A DNA stretch of 42,073 bases from Phoronis australis (taxonomy: Eukaryota; Animalia; Phoronida), in assembly GCA_002633005.1 (NCBI GenBank), contig NMRA01000650.1, forward strand, positions 185,075-227,147, in the 5' to 3' direction. Of this stretch, positions 1 to 13,000 are shown one piece after another (the first letter of the stretch is position 1; each line of letters starts with the position of its first letter). Position numbers and translations under genes: made by a program. The notes under the pieces were generated by a model. That model saw nothing but the letters and a program-made list of their open reading frames with translations, did not search any database and was not told the DNA's origin.

Positions 1-8
1 GGGGGGCT

Positions 9-310
9 TTCAAGAAGATTGATGGAATTGGTCCTGTAACTCCAATTTCTGAAAAGGGAATCAAATACATGCTCGCAGTAGTAGATTTCGCTACCAGAAA
101 CCCGGAAGCAGTGGCGCTACCGAAGATTGAGGCAGAGCAAGAGTTTTGGTATTACTTCCCACAGACCACAACAGGCTTACTCTGCAGTGGAAGGGGCCTT
201 ACAAAGTTGAAGAAAGAGTGAACCTAATGGACTACAGAATCAATCTGAACGGCAATAATAAAATCGCTAATCTGTTGAAGGCGTACCACGAACGCGAAAG
301 CTTAGAGTGA
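9..310 (+). pseudogene. Gypsy integrase remnant with large internal deletion
   Basis: Manual translation gives FKKIDGIGPVTPISEKGIKYMLAVVDFATRNPEAVALPKIEAEQ (start of the rve core). In a shifted frame it continues directly as VLVLLPTDHNRLTLQWKGPYKVEERVNLMDYRINLNGNNKIANLLKAYHERESLE* (GPY/F C-terminal module). The intervening core is missing. Confidence 0.88.
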
Positions 311-436
311 ACAGCATTACTTCGCAGAAGAGAAATAGTGTGCGCTGTTCAAAACTTTCGGTGCAGACTCCTTAAGTCGACCAGCAGAGCCTGCATGTCA
401 AATAGCACCTTAGAGACGGATACAGAGGCAAAAGGT

Positions 437-496
437 TATATATACATATACATATAACAAAACTGTACATATACATATACATATACATATATATAT
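437..496. repeat. (TACATA)n/(TA)n microsatellite
   Basis: tatatatacatatacatata...tacatatacatatacatatacatatatatat. Confidence 0.85.
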
Positions 497-554
497 GCCA
501 GATGATCTTGTGTTACAAAATTGTAGAGTAATTTTCTCTTTGAAAGGGGTGAGT

Positions 555-1277
555 TGTCAGAATAAAGATCGATACTGTTTTTAGTTGTATTGTTTTGTTT
601 TGTTGTTCTGTTTGATTGGCATAACCCCTGAGTTTAGTACAGTGACGATGTAGTTTGTTTACTACAGAATAGCATGGAAATCTCAAGAAGACTGAGGCCA
701 GTACAGTGTTGATGTAATATGTTTACTACAGTATGATGTGGAACTTTCTAGAATACTCTGATTAATGCAGACTGAAATATTCTAGAGACTGGTATATGTT
801 TGTAGAATATTAGGGTAGATTCCGGACATTTTTAGAACGTGCTTGAAATGGTGTAAATTTCTAGAGCAATGCATTAGTCTATAAATACCCAGGCACGGGT
901 TTGCATTGGTCAGATAAGCATAAAAGCAGTTCAAGAGTAACAACTAAACAGTTGAGAGGATTAGAGTTGAGTTGCACTGAAGAGAAGCAGAAGTTACAGC
1001 GATAGACAACAGAGAGCCAGGTATAGAGACACCATGTTCAATCAACGAGTGAAACAGTTGCTGAACGTGTCTCGGAATTCCATCGCAAGTCGAGACTTCG
1101 CTGCTCTGGCTGGAGCATAGAACAGACTTTACGTCAGGTGTTTTGTTCGAGTAGGCTTGTTAAGGTACGGTCGAGCTTAATAAAGGATTAACTCGAACCA
1201 GTCATCAGTCTATTGTCTCACCAAAAGCTATTACCACCGGTCTGTGCACCCACCCAAACACTGGGAAAAACGTGACA
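555..1277 (+). repeat. Gypsy 3' LTR (~723 bp)
   Basis: Starts TGTCA immediately after the tract tgaaaggggtgagt and ends TGACA. TATAAATA at 880-887 and AATAAA at 1179-1184. The partner LTR is not in the window. Confidence 0.8.
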
Positions 1278-4005
1278 CCCCGGTTAATGCACACTCATAT
1301 CACACATTTGTCGCCAGTAATTTTCCGTTGATCCCGCTTTCATAGCAAACATTTTACTTGGTTCCTAGCAATAACAAAGTTTGTGTATTTAGAATGTCGT
1401 TTTTTGCCTTGTGGACTCAATGCAATAAAATTGTCAAATTGAAAAAAACAAAAGAAATAAACATCACGAGTTCAATTTTCGGTAGCGCTGTGAGCAACCA
1501 AAAAAGTTGTTACATGGACATGACCCTGGTTAATCTTAGTCCTTTACATTTACTGGGGAGCATAAAATGAGTGCAACCGTTCGCAGACCAAACCTATTAG
1601 TCCAGAAGCATACTTATATAACGTTAAAATTCGTAATTGGTAAATCGCGCCCGGTGGATACACGATTCTGAAAAATTAAATACCTGCAAAGTGTTTTTGG
1701 GTCGAAATTGCGTCAAATTAATGACAGACTAATTCTTCACTAAACATTCTAAATTATTTGAATTCGGTGAATAGTATATTTTCTGATAGCAAAAGCTCTA
1801 AAACATTAGTTTGATGACGTTTCAGTGATATGGCAGCGTTTGGTTCAGGCAACCATGTATTTGTTGTAAAATTTAGCAAAACATGTTACAATGACCACAA
1901 AACAACGGTAGCAATAACCTGATAAGTGTCCCATTCGACATGCGGGGAATCAATTAGGAATTATGTAATTATGGAAAAATACCTTATCGGCGATATTTAA
2001 GAAACTAAAATACAAATCATTGTTTGATAATGAAAACGGCATAAACGGGCAAGAAGAATGTCCTACCGACAAATAACGCCGACTGGTACAACTCGCTATC
2101 TGAAATGTCTTCTGCGACAAGCCACACAAATTGATCGAGTTCAAAGTAACCCTTTATGCCCACGGCTACCACAAGTTTGCTCGTAACGTTGTCTTAAATC
2201 TTTGCAAAGTTGGGTAGATAGAGACATAAACTGACACAAACGAAACGTGTGTAACTGATACAGGGCCCGATGTGTTGTCACTAGTATTCTGATACCTGTT
2301 CTATTTTTAGGTACATCGCATGTGTACGTTGAAATTGCATATAACTGTCGTCGCAGTTTACAGTTACATATTTTTTGAAGACAAGATTTACCAAAATAGC
2401 GATGACATGCTTAAGCGTTTGTGTACAACTAGGATAGTTCACCTGAGGGCCAAGGTTGTTCACAACGATATAGGTGAATATTCTTCTAAATATATATTTG
2501 GCGGAAACTGAATTACAATGCCACAATTATATACACCCGAATAACTCGTGAGCCAGGGATAAAGATCGAAACTTAATTAACAACATTTAATGACAACATT
2601 AATTTATCCGACGTGAAACAATATGGAATGATACACGATTTACTGTTCTCAGACCCGAAGATGAAGTGGACCAATACCATTTGTAGCATAGACTTGAACC
2701 AAACAAGTCATTGCAGCAATCTTTCGGGAATTAATGATTTTCTGATGCACCGTACTGGACGACCTTATTTGTTTTGGAAAGTTACTGTTCATATTCTTCT
2801 GCCTTACTGGAGTTCATTCATTTGTCACACTTCATTCCCTTACACTAGACCTTGACACTAGACTTTAAACAAACCTTGAGGCTTTTTATAGTTTGCTTTG
2901 GGGAGGGAATCGTGAAAAATGTAGAGGACAACTAGGATATGCGATTATTAATAAAGGTGTTTGTAAAATGACTAGCACTGGAGCAGTTGTTCAGACGTTT
3001 TACACACCGACCTTCTCCAAGGGTTCGTGGTATGGAGAACGACATTTTTGCCTTTTCCTTTGTAGGTAAACCCGTTGTGATATTCTTGGACAGAAGCGCT
3101 ATCACTCATAGCAACGTTATTTTGATGAAGACTTATTGATTTCTTGTTTATTTAGACCGCGTTGCCCGGTATGTGTGGACCGCTGTTCAGGGCCTGCGAG
3201 TCATTGCACCCTGTTAAACAAGTAACTTAATGCGAAATTTGCGCGAACAGCTATTTATAAATAACATTATTTCAATACATTTTAAAAATCTTCCCTGTCT
3301 CGTTCAGTACTGCTCCTTTCGCTATAACTTTACACGAGTATTATCACATTCTTATCCTTTGTCATATATTGCCACGAGATGCTTTCCCAACTTCGCAATA
3401 ATTAAGTGTATTTCACGTCTATTCGTAGTCAATAAATGTTCCATTATAGCTAATATGACAAATCGTTATTTGTTAAATATTTACTTTACATGTAGTTCAT
3501 GCCGCAGAAGTCTCGGTGTAGTCTTTCTTGAACCATGTCACAAGTTGTTGCAATTATCCAAAAGTTTAATCTATGGTCATGTGACACCGTTTTTGCACGG
3601 AAACCAAAAGTTTGGTGGCGAAAAAATATAGGTTAAAGTTGTCTAGCCTGTGACCTTCATCTTCTTGAATTTGTTTATTCAGAGCAAACACATCGTCCAC
3701 TAACATGACATATATTAGCAAGTGTGTTTTACATCCAAGCCTAATGTATTGTGATTTTTGAAACTACACGGAAGAAATGTTCAGCAACACCCGATGGTAT
3801 CTATGTTTTTCTTAATTTTTAAGCTGTGATATGCAGCATGATATGATACCAGAACCGAGTTTGCGTATTTATAGAATGGTAATAGACAACACGTTGATGT
3901 AAGGTGTTTGTAGCAATGATTTTTAAAATGTCAAATTACCTTTCACTGTCACGGCATAGTCAATGAATGAATGAAAGGAAATCCACAACGTGAGCACAAG
4001 ACTAC

Positions 4006-4433
4006 TACCGGCATTTTCCTTAGCTAAGCCCATGGCCGTGTATTCTGAAAAAAATCAAAAGTTTTACTAACAGCAAATAAACGCCTGGGCGTTTATTCGG
4101 AAAGGGGGGGGGCGTGTAAATAGATAGTCATACATGTGAGTTTCCTTAAATTTGTTGCATCTAAATGAATTTTTAAAATTTGTGTTAATAAATGCATAGT
4201 TCGTCAGCAGTTTTATAATAGACAAATGCTCTACAAAACTGATTTTTGACAAAACGTTGACTCTTAGAGAGCTTTTCATGGGAAATTTACCGAATAAACA
4301 CCCGGCAATCTGGAAACTTGACACATAAAGTTGTAACTCCAAATAAACGCCCCTTGCTGTTTATTTGCATAATTTTCCAAATAAACGCACATGAAAGTTT
4401 AAACGGGTGGGCTTATCTACGTAGATTCCGGTA
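4006..4433. mobile_element. Putative degenerate Tc1/mariner(pogo)-type MITE
   Basis: Imperfect terminal inverted repeats TACCGG.AT....TAG.TAAGCCCA at both ends, TA at the termini, internal AAATAAACGC/GCGTTTATT repeats, no ORF. Confidence 0.5.
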
Positions 4434-6924
4434 TATAATTTTCCTGTCACGTATCCAGCGATTGTGAGTTTGATCAAGGAGTGCAGTACATCAAGTGTAA
4501 AAATGTCACTTGGTCAAAACATGTTTTTCAATTTCATAAGGTTTGTCAGTCTGGAACATTTTATGGAATGTCGGCCTGTGACTTGGAGCGAGCCAAGATG
4601 AGACTGGTGGATCTTTCAAAGTCTGGAAGCATAGCTGAAATTTTGATCAAACCCAAGCTAAATTATTTGAAAAGGCTAAAACATAATTTTATATCAAAAT
4701 TAAAATTTCTAGAGAAAAACGTCCCCACTTTGTTAATTTAGACGTGGAGTCTTGCCGCTGAAGGAGTTAACTGTAAGTTTTGGTATTTTTACAGGTATTA
4801 AGGAGCGTTTGGGTTATTTTTGTACTGTGGCATGGATTGAGGACTAAATACATCATCTATGCTCTTGTCTTTTCTACACTATTCTCAGAACTGGTTAGGT
4901 TGGTTTACCCCGCATTTGTTGAGTTCAGGATTCAGAATCAGTTTCCTGCTTGATAACAAAAATCTCTGTGAGTAAATTAGTGTCATTTAGGCATTTGTTT
5001 GGCGAAATGAGCTGTTGTTTACGAGTCACCGTATAGGGAGTGGGGACGTTGTTCAGATTTTCTTGTTTTATCGGTGTACATGTAGATGTATGTGTTGACT
5101 ATTTTGTACGTTTTTGAAGATGGTGATCAATACAAATCTGAGTTGTTGCTAAGTAACAGGTATGATCTCTCTGTTAGGCTGTTACAGTAACTTACCTGAA
5201 ACATTTACTGTCTTTAGTTCAGTTCTGTATGACGTTTGGTGCGCAGTGAACAATTTGATTGCTGTTCAGTACCTCTTAAAATATTTTGTCAGCTCATTCT
5301 CAATTTTGACTGGTAGTGAGTGATGAAACATTTAATGTTAATGCAATTTGTAAGTTGTGAGCCACTTTAAAGCTTAGCAACTGATTTTGTAAGTACTTGT
5401 GATTATAGTGGGAGAATGGGTAGTTTAGCCTGTACTGGCGTGTAACTAAGAAATAATGGACTGTTCTAAAATTATATGCAAGAGTGCATCAGAATGGATT
5501 ACAATGTTGTTGTAGTGATGGACTGCCTTGCTTTCGTCTTCTTACTTGTGTAACACCCACTTCCCAAAAATTGTCTTCATTGCTAGTAGCCTGGTGCAAT
5601 GAATAGGGAACTTATTTGAAACTATTGGGTACAGAGGAAACCACCAGTGAGAGGGGGGTACTATGACGTGAAAAGTTGGAATTACCCACGATGGTGCTGA
5701 CATAATCACATGAGGGCCTGGCATGCACAAAACGAGAGCCAACTGAAGCCTAATCACCCCTTCAACACATGTTGCCAATGGTCATAGTGGTATAGCAACC
5801 AAACTGTGTGAGGATAGAAGGTGTTCAACACCTTGTGACACACCGATTGGGTTTTACCTGTTTTGCACTCCTCCCATATATCCTGGGGGCAACTGCCTCC
5901 TGAATCCCCAACAGGATTTATTGAAATTTTATTGTCCATGGACGTATCAAATGTAATTTTCCTGATTAAAAACTCAAACATGAAACAAAACCATGATGTT
6001 TTGACGGGAGCAAAAGTCTTGGAGTTTTGCACAAACCGAGGACAAAGTCTTGTCATCACCTAAGCGCATGTTGTCAATGATCGGAGAAGCAATCAAAATT
6101 TGTAACAATGTTTCCTACCACATTGGTTTTTACCTGGTTTGCACTCCTACATTGTACCCCCTTACTGGCACTTGAAGGTAGCAAACCCCCCCCCCGAACA
6201 CCCATGACCAATCACTAAAATTGTGTAGTCCGGGAAGGTATGGAATGTTATAAAGAACTCACAAAATTAAACACACTCACGCATGGCTTTTCAAGGGAGC
6301 TTCAAGAAAATGAAACCAAATACATTTTAATATTTCTCATGCGATTATAAGTGGATATGAGTTTACGTGTTTTACCCATTTACAACCACACGGTAATTTT
6401 ATTGTTCGTGAAACTCCATTGTACATGTATGAATTTATCAGTGTTCACATGGTGCGGACTCCGCCACTAAATTGGTGTTATTTATTGCCCGCTTGGGGCG
6501 CTAGTTTTTGGACCGATAAAAATTGCAGAGAATTGCAAGACGGTGGAGTGAAGACTCCTATTGTAATACACTCCTTGTTCGACCGAGAAATCTGGACCTT
6601 ATACAATGTATTGTAAAGGTACATGATGCACGTGGAGTAATATGAAGTGCAGTGTAAGAACTGAGAATGCTAGGAGGAAGAAGACTAACATGTTTCAATT
6701 AGTTATTCTCTCGGGGGCCTCCATGCAGATATCAACATGAGTCACAATTTTAGGACAGTAGTTCATAAGGTCGGCATTATCAAGAACCAACGGCCACCCT
6801 GGCCTTCCCGGAATGTTCATATCACCTCATGAGCTGTTTGTAAATCTGACCTCCTCATTATAGTGCATACATGTATATGCTGTTTGAGATACAAACCGTA
6901 TCTTTTTGCTTTTTTTGTTTTCAG

Positions 6925-7014
6925 GTTAGAACAGCCGTGAAAGATGGAACCTGTACTAAACTCGTGGAATATTTAGCCAGTGGATGGAACGTCAACCAAC
7001 CACTGGCTGAACTG
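6925..7014 (+). CDS. Ankyrin gene exon A (N-cap-like repeat, 90 bp, phase 0-0)
   Basis: Long polypyrimidine tract + tttcag acceptor, gtaagc donor. Encodes VRTAVKDGTCTKLVEYLASGWNVNQPLAEL, which joins in frame to GRTALH. Confidence 0.75.
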
Positions 7015-10000
7015 GTAAGCATTCACGCATGAACTCTAACCTGATCATCACTGGATTTGAATTCACCTTGAATAGAAGGTTTTTACAACCGTTTTCTTTG
7101 ATGTTTGATGTTGATATTTTATTACAGCACGATAAACTGTTATACATTTTGTCTCTGCATACTTTGGCTCACGAAAATCCCGAACAAATTTTTATGCAGT
7201 ATAAATAAATTGAATGAAAGTTGTGTGTTTTCGAAGTTGGGGTGCTTATTTGTAGAGAATCTGTGGCGATGCTATTTCGTTATTTTCACGTACCTTTTTA
7301 CAGTTACAATGTTAAACAACTTCGGAGATTGTTTAAGGGCAATGAACTTGGTGGAGGAGTAATAGTGAGGCGCAGTCGTTTCTTCAAAATGAGGTTGTAC
7401 CGAAGTTAGAACTGCAAATGCTTACTCAAAATCCCTTGCAATCAAATGTAATTTAATTATTTCTTTAGCGAATTTACTATTGGAAACACGCGTTTCTTCA
7501 ACCAAAAATGTTTTGGACATGCTCAAATGGTTTATTGTCGTTTCGATTGACTTAGATGGATTTCCAAAGACGAATGATCCATTTTAAGACTCGGTTCCAC
7601 CCTCTCTTTTTGAAATGAGTTACTCGACTGTTGGTCTTCCACGAGTTAGTCCAACGTTATCGCTTCACTTTAGGTTATACCAGTCGTCGCGTTTTGACAA
7701 TTTCTTAAGTAGTCTTAAATGCTTTATTTTTCTACGTTGTTGACTACGGGTCCAAGTATCAGTTTACTAGGCGTGATTGAACATAGCAATTTGAAATGTA
7801 TCATTTACAAAACTTTTAGCAAGGCTGATGTTCAAATTGTTGATTTTTTCTATTTTTCGTTTAAGCAGTAAAAGTGGTCGCACCTTACTAGGAAATACTT
7901 TGTCACCATGAGTTTTTTACACCTCACCTCTTTCTCACTATCTAAATTAATATGTTAAACAATGTAAGCCATTTACTTTTCACGAGATAGAGCACATGCA
8001 TTAAAATTACAGCCCAGGATACAACTCAACGTTACTTGTATATTTGAGGAATCACATAAAACAGAAAATAAATGATTAATTACAATGGCCTCACACGTCT
8101 TATCCGCGTTCTTACTTTAATACACCATTTGCAAATACATCCAATCTTTCTCAAGTCACATATTGACAATACCAACAATACTCGAGAACAATTGGCAATT
8201 GTAAAGTTAAACAATGTATGATGGATAGATTTCGACTAATTTTTAGTAACCAGAAGAATGGCGAGTTCGGACAAATTTCAAAAATCTAATTATGTCGAGT
8301 CCGTACAGTTGGCTCAGGCGAGTCCCGACAGTCGTTTGTGTTACTGCCTAGTTTATTCTTTCCCTATTTTTGTTAATCAAACCCATTGGTATCTGAAACT
8401 TCCGCAGTGGACTCATGAAATGTATAATATCAACGACGTAATGCATCAGTTTATAAGAAACCTTCACCGCTATTCTTCAAATTCAGGCAGTCATTCCTGG
8501 TCACTCTAACGTGAGAAGCTTTCAGAGCTTGCCACGACTCTTAAGCTATTGGGCAAACCTGCTTTGTATTCCAACACCAAGTTGTTCATGAAGACGCCGT
8601 ACTCCTCGTGACCAGTCCAACCACGTATTGCAGGTCCCCAAACCGTGAAATTATTTTTAATTGTTGAAAAATCAACAGTCTTTTTGTTTTTTGTTGGATG
8701 TATTTATTTTATTGATTTCTGTTTTGATGTTGCTCTTCAATTCAGATTTGTGTCGTTGCCTTATTATTTAACATGTAGTTGAGTATAATAGGATACATGT
8801 ATGCTCACTTAGGGATTCGTAAAATGTTCTCACAACTGAAAATAAGGATGTGTTAGGGACGCTGTCTTCAATAATAGCATTCAGGTTTCTAGCGTTCACG
8901 ATCAGTTTTAGTTCATAATTTCTTTCGTGCAGATGTATTCATTCCTAGAAGTTCACAGGAATTATAACAGTCTTGTTAAAAAAGTTCCCTATAGATGGCA
9001 GGACAGTTAGAGCACCGGGATTAAAAGTTTTAGCCCCTGTTGCTATTTAGTGGTCTAGCATACCAGATGCTGTTTTTGGAATATTTGGAATCACCATTTA
9101 CTATCACTTCGGTTAATCATCGACACAAAATTCATATCGAACCTTTCTATAACCATGATAGAATGCTATATCTACTGTACATGCGTATGCCAAAACGCAG
9201 CATCCACGGCAGTTGCACGTAAAAAGAATGCAAAACGAATAAAAAAATCAGAATGCAACCAGTTTAGACGGAATTGAAAAATCCATCAAAATTGACCTGT
9301 TTCAACTCAATGGCAGCTCATTAAAACAAATGAGACATAATTGTAAACAAATCCTTAAAAACTGAATCAATTTGATCGTAAAATTAATTTCTGCCTCAGA
9401 TGTTTGTTCAAGGCAACTGAGCATATGTGAGCGAAGTACCTTACAACTTTCATGATGACGTCATTTTGAATTAACTGCTGGAATTATCTTCCAATTCTCT
9501 GTCAAGTACCTCACCGGTACTGTATTTACGTCAGATCACTATTTGCAGCTTCAGTCGGAATCATAAGGTGGTCTCATGAAAGAAATACTCGATTGTCAAA
9601 TCGGAACTGTACACCTGCAACTTTTAATCATTTGTTTGTTATTAATGAATGTCCCTTTAAAAAAGTCCTGCAGGCAAGTGTATCGATGTAGCTAGCATAT
9701 GTGCACCTAAACATGGCTTTCAGTTGCAAAACGCGGTTTTTCTAAAACCTCAGAGCTCTTCATTTTTTCAACCCACGGGACGACCTAGACATTTGGGTTT
9801 TGATTTTGTATCGATCCATGACTGGAAAGCTTTCTTGCACCGATGGTTAACTTAGTATCAATGAAATTGGGTTTTTAGAACTAACTTTATTTGAAGTCGT
9901 TGTTTATTGAATGTTTTTTTCGTGCCTGTTTTCCCAATACACTACATCCAAGAGATTTTCCAACTAAAATTCACCTGCGGAACTTGCTTTTTCAGTCAAT

Positions 10001-13000
10001 AACATATTTTATTATCACTTTTCGATATCGATGTTCCCTCATCCCTCTATATTCTGTTTGTTCCGTAAAAAAATTGAACTAATTGCATGATGTTCTGTTG
10101 AAGTGCGCTATAGCTTGAAAAAAGATGTGATCCTTGGCTACTGATTTATTTATAGTTGTCCGTCTCAACAAGTCGCAGTGGGCCTACACGTACTGGTATC
10201 TGCGAGCCAGAATCATGGCCGTATGGCTGTAACCAAGCCGCCCCATCGGCAAAGGTCGTTCCAAAGTTACATGATGTTAGAAGAAAATGGAACACGAAAT
10301 AATTGTGAAAGATGTAACGGATATCTTAAAAAATGTGAAATGCAAAATATCTCCCGGTTCCCATTGATTTCCAACATATATTTTTTTGAAAATTTTGATA
10401 CCTTTGTTAGGGAATACTGCGAACTAGCTTAAATAGAGAGCTCACTGAATCACAGTCATGCGATAAATTAAGCTCATCCATAATAAGGAAAGCTGCGTGA
10501 AAACCTAAAAATTGGAGACTCCTTTCGCTTGATGCATGTTTTCCAAGTGTTGTTGGTGAACCAGCTCTGATGTTGATTGGTGGGAGGCTTTATCGGAGAA
10601 TTGTTTTCATGCATTTTATATGACACCATGCACTATACTATTGAACAAGATATCCTTGAACTGATGTTTCTAATCTATGACGGAAACAAGTGATTCATAT
10701 TTTATTTTGCTAACTTTGATGGAATTACCTGAAAGTAATTTGACGGATAATTCAAACCATGATGTCAGGCAGTATGATATATTTTTAATTCTTTCCGATC
10801 AACCGCGGTTGTAGAATATCTCCTAATTTAGCAATAAGCTGTGAGCAGAGATATTACGCATCAGGGCCATCCGCATACAACCTTGTCGTAGAATATGCTA
10901 TTCTTGGAACGAGTTTTGCGAGGCTAGGGGTGGTGTCTGGACCTTAATTAATCTAGTGTACACGTAACTTGCCCCACTTTGGACATCTTACTCTAAATAA
11001 TGTTCAGGAAAAATCATTTTCTAACTGAACAGAATTTGAAAATATTCAATGCAAATTGCTGCAATATACTGATCTCGAAAAATTGGACAGTTCAGTCAAG
11101 TCCTGACTCTCGTTTGTAGACCCGTCTGCAAATTACTCAGACTTCAACCCCAATTTGGATGAATTTGTCTGCGTTTTGTAAAGCTGCATGCGGAAATCAA
11201 ACAGGTTGTGTCCAATGTAAATGAAGACCTGACGCGGGGAAGTAAGAATTTGATTCTTTTCTGGATTTACATCCTACTTGCAAAATATGGTGAAGTTAAA
11301 TTATGGTAGTTTTGTAGTACTGATAAAACAATTCCTTATTGGTCTAAAATTCTGCTACTTGGTGTTATTGATTTAAGCTTTAATAATAAAAAAATTGGTT
11401 CGCATTTTTTCGCAATATCCCTTCTTCGCCTGTCTCCGGCTAAGAAAGTGTTACCAGCGTTGTCTGGCTCACGCAACGAAGTTGTCATTCAAGACTATGG
11501 CTTGGGTAGATTGAAGATGACCATTATTACATTCTTATATAAGATTTATCATGTAACGGGATACCGAAAACTTTGACCTTCAGCACACATCACGAATTTT
11601 TGTCCGACTGGTCGGATATTGGTCGACGACCGCCCGTCGACCGGCAAATTTGTCGGCAGCCGGCCGCAGTACCGACTCATAACTTAGGCGACTCCCGAGC
11701 CGACCCTTCAAATGAACTTTAGCCGTCCGGCCATCAGCCGACCAGTTGGTCGGCTGCTATTTTTAGGTAAGAGTAGCAGTTGCGTTATAGATTGTCAGGC
11801 TGGTACCACTTTGCGTGACGATGCACATTCGTCTTAGCACAGGGTCAAATAAATTAATCTAGTTTTACTGTCTCCGTTACACGAATTCAAATCGGTTGAG
11901 TAACACCCGCTGATTCGAAGGTTGGAGGCAAGCGGTAATATCATTGAAATATTGACAGTGCAACAAGTTTTGGACAAAAAAGCCTGAAAGTTTTCTTTAC
12001 ATTTGATCTTTAATTTGTCTCCTGGCGTTAACAAGCTGCATTAGATTGGCTGCTTCCCGGTCAAGGGAAGGCTGTAGTCATTTTGTAAACCCAGCTATTT
12101 TTGACATTCTTCGCTCACAACTGTTTTTTTTTTGTTTGTGTTACGCCGAACTGAATCTTTTTGCGTTTTTAAAATTCTCCACGGGTCTCCTATCACGTAC
12201 CCATCAATTATTACACCGAAGAGCTCTCACTCCGGGGTTTTTATTTTCATAGTATTAACCCTTGCAGTAGAGACGTGAACTTCACGGTCCTGTATGCATT
12301 AAACCCACGGACTTTGATGACTCTTAGTTCGAAATCACATGGTTACGATTTCCACGAACTTAGACAGTGACATGAAACACGTAAAAACCTGATGGAGATA
12401 TCGGCAATGTGGAGACACGGATTCCACTAGTGTGGGGATGGTCCTGGTAGTATAGTTGGGGTTACTCGGTTCTTGGTTGAGTGGTAGATAGTTGGCTAAC
12501 AAGGTAGCAACAGGAAGTCGATGGAAAGCAGCATAAAAAACTAGCACAGTTGTTGAGTTTCTACTGACACACAAAGTTTATTAACTCTAGCTACAATAAA
12601 TATAGTGAATAGAAATATGTGTGGGTTGTGAGTGCAAAACAACAACAATATTGAGAGTTCCGGTGATTTCATCCAACTCATAAATGGAGTCTGGACAGCT
12701 GTTTGGCATAATGGGTTTTCACTATTAGAGGGCATAGTAATCAACAACACAAGATGTCCGAAATTGTTATATAACATAAACTGTTGTTGGGATAGTTGTA
12801 GGTCATAGGAAATGGTGAAATTTGCACTTAATTAACTTCATGAGAACCCACGACACTCCGCCGGCCGAAAGGGTGAAAATATTCAAAATTTAACAATCCA
12901 CTGTAAAGTTATGTTGCACTCACTCAAAATCACATCGAATTAAGATATAATAAATAGAAGTTCACAAACTAGTCATATGGTTATGCACGGAATACATAGT

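Larger units (their letters stand above)
1..1277 (+). mobile_element. 3' end of a Ty3/Gypsy LTR retrotransposon (integrase remnant, PPT, 3' LTR); 5' part lies outside the window
   Basis: Integrase-like peptides at 9-310, purine-rich tract at 541-554, then an LTR bounded by TGTCA...TGACA. Confidence 0.88.

Noticed and set aside
1830-1856. Candidate first coding exon MAAFGSGNH|gtattt
   Set aside because: Phase fits, but the donor is weak and there is no independent support.
3317-3340. ~22-nt match to the 41-bp minisatellite unit (also weakly at 27604-27617)
   Set aside because: Short and AT-rich; chance cannot be excluded.
5768-6150. Short diverged direct repeat (catgttg.caatg.tc ... ttttacctg.tttgcactcct) ~300 bp apart, with overlapping small ORFs
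   Set aside because: Real but short; no termini or coding signal, so no call could be supported.
7100-7900. Possible decayed coding sequence on the minus strand
   Set aside because: Frequent stops and no recognisable motif.
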